This document shows positions 19,223 through 28,107 of a stretch of DNA of 64,000 nt, piece after piece; the first letter of the stretch is position 1; each line of letters opens with the position of its first letter. The notes beneath the pieces were generated by a model. The model ran no database searches and was not told where the DNA came from. It was given only the letters and a program-made list of their open reading frames with translations. The position numbers were made by a program, and so were the translations under genes. Origin of the DNA: Lachnospiraceae bacterium (GTDB lineage: Bacteria; Bacillota; Clostridia; Lachnospirales; Lachnospiraceae); the NCBI GenBank assembly GCA_045627085.1, contig JAZQNB010000023.1, positions 14,591-78,590 of the forward strand, given 5' to 3'.

Positions 19223-20133
19223 GCAATGTAGAATTAACAGAAGAAAAGTCACCGATTATACTGGCTGACAATCTTGTAAAGATATATAAAACGAAAGACA
19301 TTGAGGTCGTAGCATTGCAGGGCTTGGACCTTTCGGTAAATCAGGGAGAAATGATGGCAATTATCGGTTCCTCAGGTAGCGGAAAATCCACATTCCTCAA
19401 TATGATTGGTGGTCTGGACAGACCTTCTGCCGGCAAACTTTATGTAGACGGAAGAAACCTATTCTCAATGACAGATAAAGAACTGGTGGATTACAAGCGT
19501 AATACGGTAGGTTTTGTATGGCAGAACAACGGACGAAATCTTTTGCCCTACCTGTCCTCACTGGAGAACATTATGATGCCGATGGAGCTTACTGATGCCA
19601 AAGAGAAAAAGGAACGTGCGCTTATGCTTCTGGACATGGTAGGCCTTTCGCATAAGAAAAACTCCCGTATGCAGGAAATGAGTGGAGGAGAACAACAAAG
19701 AATCGCAATTGCAATTGCACTTGCCAATTCACCTAAGGTCCTTTTGGCCGACGAACCGACAGGCTCGGTTGATTCCAAAACAGCCAATTACATTTTTGAT
19801 GTATTTAAAAGATTCAATGAAGAATTAGGCATAACAATAGTGATCGTAACACATGATGTTACTCTTTCCAAAAAAGTTTCCCGTGTTGCGGCCATTCGTG
19901 ATGGTAAAATTTCAAGTGAGCGAATTCTAAAGGAAGATTATGCAGAACGTTTAAAGAATGCGGACCAGATTGTCGATTGGCATGAAGAAGAATCGCAGGA
20001 TGAATTTGCAATTCTTGACCGCGCAGGGCGAATTCAGTTACCTCATGAAGCCCTTGAATCTCTGGGGCTTAACGACAACAAAGTGCGTGTTGTAATTCAA
20101 GACGGAAAAGTTTATTTAGAAAAACCGGAATAA
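19219..20133 (+). CDS. ABC transporter ATP-binding protein with ~80-aa C-terminal extension resembling a SpoVT/AbrB swapped-hairpin domain
   Basis: Walker A 'GSSGSGKST', signature 'MSGGEQQRIAIAIA', Walker B 'VLLADEPT'. Tail 'LDRAGRIQLPHEALESLGLNDNKVRVVIQDGKVYLEKPE'. ATGA overlap with the upstream gene. Confidence 0.9.
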   Translation: MSNVELTEEKSPIILADNLVKIYKTKDIEVVALQGLDLSVNQGEMMAIIGSSGSGKSTFLNMIGGLDRPSAGKLYVDGRNLFSMTDKELVDYKRNTVGFVWQNNGRNLLPYLSSLENIMMPMELTDAKEKKERALMLLDMVGLSHKKNSRMQEMSGGEQQRIAIAIALANSPKVLLADEPTGSVDSKTANYIFDVFKRFNEELGITIVIVTHDVTLSKKVSRVAAIRDGKISSERILKEDYAERLKNADQIVDWHEEESQDEFAILDRAGRIQLPHEALESLGLNDNKVRVVIQDGKVYLEKPE

Positions 20134-20170
20134 ATACATCCCATTGCGGGTATGCTTCCAGGAACCTATA

Positions 20171-20209
20171 AAAGATACGTCTGCCAAAAGTGAGCAGACG
20201 TATCTTTTT
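20171..20209. terminator. Bidirectional terminator between convergent genes
   Basis: aaagatacgtctgc / gcagacgtatcttt form a 14-bp perfect stem with a 9-nt loop, flanked by A-rich and T-rich runs. Confidence 0.65.
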
Positions 20210-20214
20210 AAAAC

Positions 20215-21327
20215 CTACATGGTGCGCATGACATCCAGTATTGTGTTTAACAGACTCAGTTCTTCATTATCTGTATCCTGTGTAATTTCCCATATCATGA
20301 TGCCACCGGCATTTTCCATTGCCCAGTCAGTTTTTTCCTTCATCAGATTTATTCCATTGTAGTATACGGTTTTGCCGTTAATGACGGTTTCATCTTTGTA
20401 TGCATTTTCAGGATCCGCGTTAATGATATCTGCATAGCTTGCCCAGTTTGGTCTCTCATAGAAGGGAACTCCGAGGTTAACCTTTGATTTATCCATACCA
20501 CGTTCCATGGTCCAGTAATTAACGCTGTCTACTGCAAAGGACATGGGAGAATGACCGGCTCCCTCATCCCCGTCATAGGCCATTACATTTACCCAGTCAA
20601 GCTTGGCAAGGGTTTCATCTGAGAAGCCGTTTCCGGTTCCCGAGGCTACAGCTGCGGTAAGGGGCATATTTTTAACTGATAATGCAGTATACAGATAATT
20701 GACCAACATATCATATTGGCTGCGGGTGCTTGGACGCGGATATTCCCAATCCAGGTCCACACCGTCAAAATTATATTTTTGAACAACCTGCAGGATGGAA
20801 TTCGCGAGCTTGTGGCAACCTTCTTCGGTTGCAGTTGCTTTTGCAAAGGTATCCTCCAGAGGAATGTTTTCATAGCTCCAGCCACCTACGGACAGCATGA
20901 CCATTACATGATTTTCGTGTGCAAGCTTTATTATTTTCTCAACGTAATCGTCATTGAAATTCGGACGTATGTTTCCTTCTTTGTCAGGTATTGCAAAGGC
21001 ATAGTTTATGTGAGTGTATTTCCCGATATGAACCTTGTCGACTACGCTAATATCATACCAATCGGGCAAATAGCCGATAAGTTTAAAGTCCGAGTCATTT
21101 TTGAGGCCTTCATCTAATGGTGTCGGGTCATCCCATACAAAATCTTCAATGGGTTCAGACGCCGGTTCCACATCTTCGGTTTCTTTGCTTTTGGCCCAAT
21201 CGGGAACCTTTACGGCCTCTTCTTTAATTTCTTTTCTGCAACCTCCTAAAACCATGGATAATCCACAAAGGAGTATACTGATTACAAATGTTTTCTTCAC
21301 TGTCTTATTTCCTTTCTCTTTTGTCAA
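20215..21327 (-). CDS. Glycoside hydrolase family 18 lipoprotein (chitinase or endo-beta-N-acetylglucosaminidase-like)
   Basis: Signal peptide and lipobox 'MVLGGC'. GH18 catalytic motif 'FDGVDLDWEYP' (DxxDxDxE). Confidence 0.85.
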   Translation of the reverse strand: MTKEKGNKTVKKTFVISILLCGLSMVLGGCRKEIKEEAVKVPDWAKSKETEDVEPASEPIEDFVWDDPTPLDEGLKNDSDFKLIGYLPDWYDISVVDKVHIGKYTHINYAFAIPDKEGNIRPNFNDDYVEKIIKLAHENHVMVMLSVGGWSYENIPLEDTFAKATATEEGCHKLANSILQVVQKYNFDGVDLDWEYPRPSTRSQYDMLVNYLYTALSVKNMPLTAAVASGTGNGFSDETLAKLDWVNVMAYDGDEGAGHSPMSFAVDSVNYWTMERGMDKSKVNLGVPFYERPNWASYADIINADPENAYKDETVINGKTVYYNGINLMKEKTDWAMENAGGIMIWEITQDTDNEELSLLNTILDVMRTM

Positions 21328-21531
21328 TCCCTATGTACTTGATTCTATCATATGATTTTTGATAAACCATTGCTAATTTTGTTAATTTCGTGCAGTTTAT
21401 TTACTAAAAAAATAACACCACGGTATAAAAAAGATTCATTTCTTTTACGGCCGTATTTATCTATTATAATAGTGGCAAAATATATTGGGTGTAAAAGATA
21501 CTCGAAATTACAGATTGGAGAAAAGCTTGAT

Positions 21532-24258
21532 ATGAAAAATCTTACATTTCTTGATAACAACGGAACCTTTGAACTGAAAAAGGCGCAGGAATACAGTTAT
21601 CTGTATTTCCCGATTGCAAGCGGAACAGGACTAAAGAGCTGTGTTACGCCTGAGCTTGCGGGAGATGCCAAAACGGACCAAAATCATTTCCTTTTACAGC
21701 CTGTCAGTTCGCAGGAGCTTCATAACAATAAATCAACCAGAAATTTCTGGATTCGTTTTGAAAGCGGGAAATATTTTTCGGCTACCGGCGTATCTGCTTT
21801 ACAGCAGGCTGAAAAATTCAGCAAAAAAAGTGAGGATATTACGGTAACTGCCGGCCTTATGTGGCAGAAAATCAGCCGTGAAAATAAAAAGTACAAAATG
21901 AGAACAGAGGTGTTAACCTTCGTGCCTGAAGGTACGGAATGTGAGGTAATGATGGTTACTCTCACCAATACTTCGGATAACGATGTTACCTTTACTCCGA
22001 TTGCAGCTGTTCCGATTTATGGCAGAAGTGCTGATAATTTACGTGACCACCGCCATGTATCAAGCCTTTTACACAGGGTTGTCTGCACGGAAGACGGGGT
22101 TTGTGTTCAGCCGGTGTTATCCTTTGATGAAAGGGGCCATAGGAGAAGCTTTACGGCATATTTTGTGGCAGGAGCGGATGAAAACGGAGCAAAACCGGAA
22201 GGCTTTTATCCCGTTGTGGATGAATATATAGGTGAAGGCGGCTCCTACGAAGTGCCCGAAGCCGTAGCAAGGTTAACAAAGGCGGAGGAAGCCGGCTTTG
22301 AAAATGAGGGCTATGAGGCTGTAGGTGGAATTCGTTTTGCCGAAAAGACTTTAAAAACCGGTGAATCTGCAACTTACATTGTGCTGATAGGCATAAAAGA
22401 AAGCGAAACGGAAACAGCTAAGCTTTCTTGCTATGCTCAGACAATAATGTCCGAGGCGTTGTCTAAGCTGGGAACAGCTAAAAAGGTTGAAGCCGAATTT
22501 GAAAGAACGAAGAAATATTGGACATCGGAAAACAATATTGCTTTCCATACAAAGGATGCAAATTTTGACAATTACATGAAATGGATTAGTTTCCAACCCA
22601 TTATAAGACGTATTTACGGGTGCTCCTTCCTGCCCCATCATGATTACGGAAAAGGCGGAAGAGGATGGAGAGATTTGTGGCAGGATCAGCTGGCACTGCT
22701 TATGATGAATCCGACGCAGGTGGGAGAAATGCTTTTAAATAATTATTGCGGTGTACGTATGGACGGCTCAAATGCCACTATCATCGGTTCCAAACCCGGG
22801 GAGTTCGTTGCAGACCGAAACAATATTGTGCGTGTATGGATGGACCATGGTCTTTGGCCTTATATGACCACCGAGCTTTATGTTCATCAGACGGGAGATT
22901 ATAAGCTTCTCTTCAAACCTGCGGTATATTTTAAGGACAAGCAGGCCGGAAGAGGCACTTTGACTGATAAAGCCTTTGATGAAAAACAGGGCACAAAGCA
23001 GCTTACACCTGACGGAAAAGTGTACGAAGGAACAGTTTTGGAACATATTTTGGTTCAAAATCTGACTGCATTTTACGAAGTGGGCGAGCATAATCATATG
23101 CGACTTCGCGGCGCTGACTGGAATGATGCACTTGACATGGCACCGGACAGGGGAGAAAGTGTGGCATTTACGGCCGCATATGCGGGAAATCTGGAGGATT
23201 TATCCGTATTGCTTAATTATCTGGCAGATAATAAGGACGTAAGTGAAATTACCTTGCTTAAGGAAATTATGCCCCTTCTTTCGGATAAGAGAGCTCTTTA
23301 TGACGATATTGATGCAAAAACCAAGCTTTTAAAGGAATATATGGAGTCGGTTGAACATTTTGTATCGGGAGAGCAGGTATCCGTTTCTACAAAGGATTTG
23401 GCGAAAGGACTTCATAATAAAGCAAAATGGCTGAAGGATCATTTGAGAAAGACAGAGTGGCTTGAGGAAGGCTGGTTTAATTCCTATTACGACAACAACG
23501 CCGGAAGGGTTGAAGGAACAAAGGAAGACGGCAGCATTAGAATGATGCTTACAGGACAGGTCTTTTCCATTATGGGAGGAACTGCAACCGATTCTCAGAT
23601 TCGTTCGATTACCTCAAATGCAGACAAATATCTGTATGACAAAAAGCGTGGAGGATATGCGCTCAATACCAATTTCAGGGAGTTAAAGACAGACCTTGGA
23701 CGAATGTTTGGATTTGGCTATGGCCAGAAGGAGAACGGAGCCGTTTTCTCACATATGACGACCATGTATGGAAATGCCTTGTACAAAAGAGGGTTTGCTT
23801 CTAAAGGCTATAAAGCACTCGATACTCTGTACAGGCAGGCAGCTAATATGAAAAAATCCGATATATATCCCGGAATCCCGGAATACTTCGACGACAAAGG
23901 CCGTGGAATGTATCATTATCTGACCGGAGCCGCAAGCTGGTATCTGTTAACAGCACTTACTCAGATGTTTGGTATAAAAGGTGAGTATGGTGATCTGGTA
24001 TTGGAACCGAAGCTGATGGCAAACCAGTTCGATGAAAACGGGTTGGCTTCTGCAAGCAGTCTGTTCGCCGGAAGAATGTGTAAGGTTGAATACAGAAATC
24101 TGTCAGGAAAGGATTACGGACATTATTCAGTCGCTGAATGTTTTCTCGACAATAAACCCTGTGGGGAAATTACAAACGGTCGTGTACTGATTTTGCGTAG
24201 TGTGATAGAAAGCCTTGATACTTCGAAACTTCATACAATTTCTGTTGTTTTAAAATAA
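21532..24258 (+). CDS. Divergent GH94-clan glycoside phosphorylase-like protein (~908 aa)
   Basis: 'RLRGADWNDALDM' parallels the catalytic 'RADWNDCLNL' of the canonical GH94 enzyme at 33494. Size and (alpha/alpha)6-type C-terminal half are consistent. The ORF is open from 21352, but ATG 21532 ('MKNLTFLDNNG') follows a GGAG and the upstream 60 codons look non-coding. Confidence 0.7.
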   Translation: MKNLTFLDNNGTFELKKAQEYSYLYFPIASGTGLKSCVTPELAGDAKTDQNHFLLQPVSSQELHNNKSTRNFWIRFESGKYFSATGVSALQQAEKFSKKSEDITVTAGLMWQKISRENKKYKMRTEVLTFVPEGTECEVMMVTLTNTSDNDVTFTPIAAVPIYGRSADNLRDHRHVSSLLHRVVCTEDGVCVQPVLSFDERGHRRSFTAYFVAGADENGAKPEGFYPVVDEYIGEGGSYEVPEAVARLTKAEEAGFENEGYEAVGGIRFAEKTLKTGESATYIVLIGIKESETETAKLSCYAQTIMSEALSKLGTAKKVEAEFERTKKYWTSENNIAFHTKDANFDNYMKWISFQPIIRRIYGCSFLPHHDYGKGGRGWRDLWQDQLALLMMNPTQVGEMLLNNYCGVRMDGSNATIIGSKPGEFVADRNNIVRVWMDHGLWPYMTTELYVHQTGDYKLLFKPAVYFKDKQAGRGTLTDKAFDEKQGTKQLTPDGKVYEGTVLEHILVQNLTAFYEVGEHNHMRLRGADWNDALDMAPDRGESVAFTAAYAGNLEDLSVLLNYLADNKDVSEITLLKEIMPLLSDKRALYDDIDAKTKLLKEYMESVEHFVSGEQVSVSTKDLAKGLHNKAKWLKDHLRKTEWLEEGWFNSYYDNNAGRVEGTKEDGSIRMMLTGQVFSIMGGTATDSQIRSITSNADKYLYDKKRGGYALNTNFRELKTDLGRMFGFGYGQKENGAVFSHMTTMYGNALYKRGFASKGYKALDTLYRQAANMKKSDIYPGIPEYFDDKGRGMYHYLTGAASWYLLTALTQMFGIKGEYGDLVLEPKLMANQFDENGLASASSLFAGRMCKVEYRNLSGKDYGHYSVAECFLDNKPCGEITNGRVLILRSVIESLDTSKLHTISVVLK

Positions 24259-24402
24259 TGTACAACAAAAGTGCTTCTTTTACTGATTTTATAGTTGGAA
24301 TGACGTAAAGGAAGCACTTTTTATGTCTAAAATATTGCCGGTTTGACGAAAAAAACTGCCGGAAAATAAAAAAAAGACACCAATTTCAAAAAACATAACG
24401 TT

Positions 24403-24416
24403 ACAAACCGTTTACA
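24403..24416 (-). promoter_or_regulatory. Candidate cre (CcpA) site upstream of the SBP gene
   Basis: The minus-strand sequence TGTAAACGGTTTGT matches the cre consensus TGWAANCGNTNWCA at 12/14 positions. A TATAAT lies 8 nt downstream at 24424-24429. Confidence 0.3.
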
Positions 24417-24475
24417 GCATATTTATAATTTGAATTACAAGGGTGGCCACCTAATTATATAAGGAGGATTTCATT

Positions 24476-25978
24476 ATGAAAATGAAAAAAGTTTTAGCAC
24501 TTGTTCTTGCCGGACTTATGACACTTTCTCTTGCAGCTTGCGGTAATGATACACCTGCTCCTGCAGCTAAAGATGACAGCGCATCGGCAGTGACAGATGC
24601 AGGCGCATCAGATGAAGCTGCTCCTGCAGAGGAAACAAAGGACCTCAGCGGTCACCTTACAATCTGGTCATGGACAAATGACCTTGCAGTTAAGAGCTTT
24701 GAATTCATGAAAAAGTATCCCAATGTAGAAGTTGAGCATGTTAAATTTGAAACAGCTGATTACACTACAAAGGTTGATGCAGCATTATCAGGCGGCGATG
24801 ATTCAATCGATATCATTTGCGGTGAGCCTCAGATGCTTGAAGCATTCTGGGATGCAGGATATTTTGCAGACCTCAATGCACTTGGATTTTCTGATGACGA
24901 CGCAGCTAACATCTATGACTTCGTTCTTGAAGTTGGTCAGGATGATGACGGTGTTCAGAGAGCAGTCGGATATCAGACAACAGCAGCAGCTTTCCATTAC
25001 AGAAGAAGCCTTGCAAAGGCTATCTGGGGAACAGATGATCCCGATGAAATCGGAAAGAAATTCTCTTCATACGCTAACATCATTAAAGCCGGTGAAGAAG
25101 CTAAAGCAGCAGGATATTCAATCTTCGCTTCTGACTCAGAACTTAACTATTTCACAGGTCAGATTGCTTGGGTTAAAGATAACAAACTTCAGATTTCTGA
25201 TACAAGACTTGAGTACATGGATCTTGTAAAAGAGCTTTACAAGGGCGGTTATACAGCATACGCTGCAACATGGACAGCTCCTTGGAATCAGGCTATGGCA
25301 GGTCCTATCGATATCCTTACAGAAGATGTAATGTGGGGTGACTGGGGCACAGACGAAAATGGTGAGACAAACCTTAACGTTTGGGATACAGAGAACTACA
25401 ATGCTCACGTAGCTAACTACTCAGCAGGTAAGACAGAGTGTGTTGCATTTGGTCTTCCCGCTTGGGGCGCTCTTACAATCGGTTCTCACGTAACACCTGA
25501 AGATACATACGGTGACTGGGCACTTTGTGCAGGTCCTGAGTATGGTGCAGGCGGCGGTACTTGGATTGGTGTTTCTTCACTTTCCAAGAATCAGGAACTT
25601 GCTCTTGAGTTCATCAAATTCGCTACATGTGATGTTGATCACGCTATGTGGTGGTGTACAGAGAACTCACAGACTCTTTGCCCTAACGAGCTTAACGATG
25701 GTTATTCAGCAGGCGACTGTGTATCTAACATCAAAGCAGTTGAGCAGCTTTCAGATTACGAGTCAGAGCTTTACGGCGGACAGAAGGTTTACCAGTTCTG
25801 GGCTACACAGGCTCCCGGAATCGATTACTCTGTAGTAACACCTTATGATACAGAAATCGGAAATGCTTTCGGTAACTCTGTAAGCGAATACAAGAAAGAT
25901 AACTATACAAAGGATGAGGCTATAGCTGCATTTAAGGAAGCTGTAAAGGCTGCTATACCCGAACTTGAAGTAGAATAA
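24476..25978 (+). CDS. ABC transporter extracellular solute-binding lipoprotein (family 1, carbohydrate)
   Basis: Lipobox 'LSLAAC', Ala/Asp/Pro-rich linker, ~450-aa SBP body. RBS AAGGAGG. Followed by two MalF/MalG-type permeases. Confidence 0.85.
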   Translation: MKMKKVLALVLAGLMTLSLAACGNDTPAPAAKDDSASAVTDAGASDEAAPAEETKDLSGHLTIWSWTNDLAVKSFEFMKKYPNVEVEHVKFETADYTTKVDAALSGGDDSIDIICGEPQMLEAFWDAGYFADLNALGFSDDDAANIYDFVLEVGQDDDGVQRAVGYQTTAAAFHYRRSLAKAIWGTDDPDEIGKKFSSYANIIKAGEEAKAAGYSIFASDSELNYFTGQIAWVKDNKLQISDTRLEYMDLVKELYKGGYTAYAATWTAPWNQAMAGPIDILTEDVMWGDWGTDENGETNLNVWDTENYNAHVANYSAGKTECVAFGLPAWGALTIGSHVTPEDTYGDWALCAGPEYGAGGGTWIGVSSLSKNQELALEFIKFATCDVDHAMWWCTENSQTLCPNELNDGYSAGDCVSNIKAVEQLSDYESELYGGQKVYQFWATQAPGIDYSVVTPYDTEIGNAFGNSVSEYKKDNYTKDEAIAAFKEAVKAAIPELEVE

Positions 25979-26009
25979 TCTATAAAGATATAAAGAGCAA
26001 TCTATTTTA

Positions 26010-26040
26010 CGAAGTGGAGGGCGAATAACCCTTCACTTCG
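26010..26040 (+). terminator. Intercistronic hairpin (partial terminator or mRNA stabiliser) between SBP and permease genes
   Basis: cgaagtggaggg / cccttcacttcg form a 12-bp stem with one G-U pair and a 7-nt loop. The U-tail is weak (atttgtg). Confidence 0.4.
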
Positions 26041-26112
26041 ATTTGTGTCAGAAAACGGTACAAAATACCGCACAGACACGTATAAAATATCACCACCAAT
26101 GGGGGTAAATAA

Positions 26113-27072
26113 ATGGCACAGACACAGAATACTACAAGAAAGAAAAAAAGAGATTACAACAAAGCCGGATATTACATGGTAGCACCTTTTGTTATAATTT
26201 TTATTATTTTCTCCATTTATCCGGTACTGAGAACTCTCGAGATCAGCTTTACGGATTTTAAGGGTGTAGGTCGACTCTCTACCTGGGGAGAAGACGGACA
26301 TCTTATATGGAGAGTAAGCTTTGTTGGCTTCAAAAACTACATACGCGCCATAAAAGATAAGTTTTTCTGGAAAGCACTTGGAAACACACTGAAAATATGG
26401 GTTCCAAATATTGTTCTTCAATTGGGACTGGCATTCCTATTAACAATAGTATTTTCGGATGTTAAATACAGAATAAAGGGCCTGCCTTTTTTCAGAGCTG
26501 TTTATTATATTCCCAATATTTTGTCCATTACGACTGTAGCTTTTATGTTCCAGACACTTTTGGATTACCATTACGGTTCGGTTAACTGGGGACTGTTTAA
26601 TATGGGATTGCAAAAGCTGATTCACGACTGGTGCGGGGAGGCTTCAACGGCGCCTTATATAGTGTCAATCATATCGGCCTGGCAATGGTTTGGTAACTCG
26701 TTTATCATGCTGATGGCCGGTGTTCAGGGTATTAACCGTGACTACTATGAAGCCGCTGCCATTGATGGAGCAGGAAGATGGACATTATTTGGCAAGATTA
26801 CACTGCCGCTTTTAAAGCCTGTTATGTTGTATGTATCCATTACATCCTTTATTGGTGGTTTGCAGATGTTCGACCTTCCATTCCTTATGTATACCTACAG
26901 TGGCAACCCGAACGGAAGTACACAGACAATGATTATGTATATGTACAAATTCGGCTTCGTCGCAGGTACAAAACAGGTTGGTTATGCCGGAGCAATTGCT
27001 TATGTTATATTCCTTCTGATTTTGATAGTTTCCATAGTACAGTTCAAACTGATGAATCCAAAGGAGGATTAG
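26113..27072 (+). CDS. Carbohydrate ABC transporter permease (MalF/UgpA-like)
   Basis: Six predicted TM segments. EAA-type loop 'YYEAAAIDGAGRWTLFGKITLPLLKP'. Confidence 0.9.
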   Translation: MAQTQNTTRKKKRDYNKAGYYMVAPFVIIFIIFSIYPVLRTLEISFTDFKGVGRLSTWGEDGHLIWRVSFVGFKNYIRAIKDKFFWKALGNTLKIWVPNIVLQLGLAFLLTIVFSDVKYRIKGLPFFRAVYYIPNILSITTVAFMFQTLLDYHYGSVNWGLFNMGLQKLIHDWCGEASTAPYIVSIISAWQWFGNSFIMLMAGVQGINRDYYEAAAIDGAGRWTLFGKITLPLLKPVMLYVSITSFIGGLQMFDLPFLMYTYSGNPNGSTQTMIMYMYKFGFVAGTKQVGYAGAIAYVIFLLILIVSIVQFKLMNPKED

Positions 27073-27075
27073 GCA

Positions 27076-27918
27076 ATGAAATATGCAAAAGTAAAGAAGA
27101 TCATAGTTTATACAATTATATATATAGCGCTTGTTGTATTGGCAATTACATGTCTTATTCCTTTGTGGTTAACTGTGGTTAACTCAACCAGATCGGGCAA
27201 AGAGGTTATGATGGGGTTCTCATGGCTGCCCGGCAATAGCCTTGCGGAAAACTGGGCAGTGCTTGCAAGCCAGCCGTTAAGTGTTTGGCGAGGATATTGG
27301 AACAGCTTGATTATCGCAGTTCCGTGCACATTGCTTAGCTCATATTTTTCAGCATTAACAGGCTTTGCATTAGCAGTATATAAATTCAAGGGAAGAAATG
27401 TTATTTTTTACACCATAGTAATATTTATGATGATTCCCGGACAGCTTGGCTTAATCGGTTTCTACAATTTATGTGCAATGCTTCACATTACGAACACGTA
27501 TATACCGCTTATTTTGCCGGCCATAGCTTCAACCGGAACGGTATTCTTCCTAAGACAGTACGTTCTGTCGGTTTTGCCCCTTTCACTTTTGGAAGCCGGC
27601 CGAATTGACGGAGCAAAGGAAATATACATGTTCCACAAGATTGTAATTCCTATTATGATGCCCGGTATCGCAACCATGGCAATCGGAGCCTTCATTGGAA
27701 GCTGGAATTCATATCTGGTTCCCATGCTTATATTGAATGACCAGAAGAAATACCCGCTTCCGTACATGGTAAAGGTTTTGTCAAATGAGATTGTAAATAC
27801 GAACTATGGAGCAAGGTACCTGCTGTTTTCAATGTCACTTATCCCGGTCATCATAGTATTTTGCTTCTTCTCCAGATATATTATCAGCTCTATTTCAGCG
27901 GGCTCAGTTAAAGAGTAA
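27076..27918 (+). CDS. Carbohydrate ABC transporter permease (MalG/UgpE-like)
   Basis: EAA-type loop 'LLEAGRIDGAKEIYMFHKIVIPIMMP'. RBS AAGGAGG. Confidence 0.9.
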   Translation: MKYAKVKKIIVYTIIYIALVVLAITCLIPLWLTVVNSTRSGKEVMMGFSWLPGNSLAENWAVLASQPLSVWRGYWNSLIIAVPCTLLSSYFSALTGFALAVYKFKGRNVIFYTIVIFMMIPGQLGLIGFYNLCAMLHITNTYIPLILPAIASTGTVFFLRQYVLSVLPLSLLEAGRIDGAKEIYMFHKIVIPIMMPGIATMAIGAFIGSWNSYLVPMLILNDQKKYPLPYMVKVLSNEIVNTNYGARYLLFSMSLIPVIIVFCFFSRYIISSISAGSVKE

Positions 27919-28107
27919 CAGAAACACGATGAAGCATATATGCGCCCCACTCAGAGTAAACACAAACTAAAAATATACTTAAAGCCATGATTATCTCCTT
28001 CTTCAGGCAGATAAACATGGCTTTTCGTTGTATTCTTTGAAAACTTGAAAAGGATGGCAAAATGTACAATATTTTGATAAAATGTACTATATGGGTATGG
28101 GAACAAT

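Noticed and set aside
20144-20362. 72-aa + strand ORF after the second ATPase gene
   Set aside because: It spans the bidirectional terminator and the 3' end of the GH18 gene on the other strand. It is a shadow ORF.
21352-21531. 60-codon N-terminal extension of the GH94-like ORF (track start 21352)
   Set aside because: The extension is hydrophobic and low-complexity, starts within 25 nt of the divergent GH18 start, and lacks an RBS. ATG 21532, preceded by GGAG, gives a sensible N-terminus.
26002-26421. 139-aa minus-strand ORF across the SBP-permease gap
   Set aside because: It overlaps the hairpin and the start of a well-supported permease gene, and has no RBS or domain.
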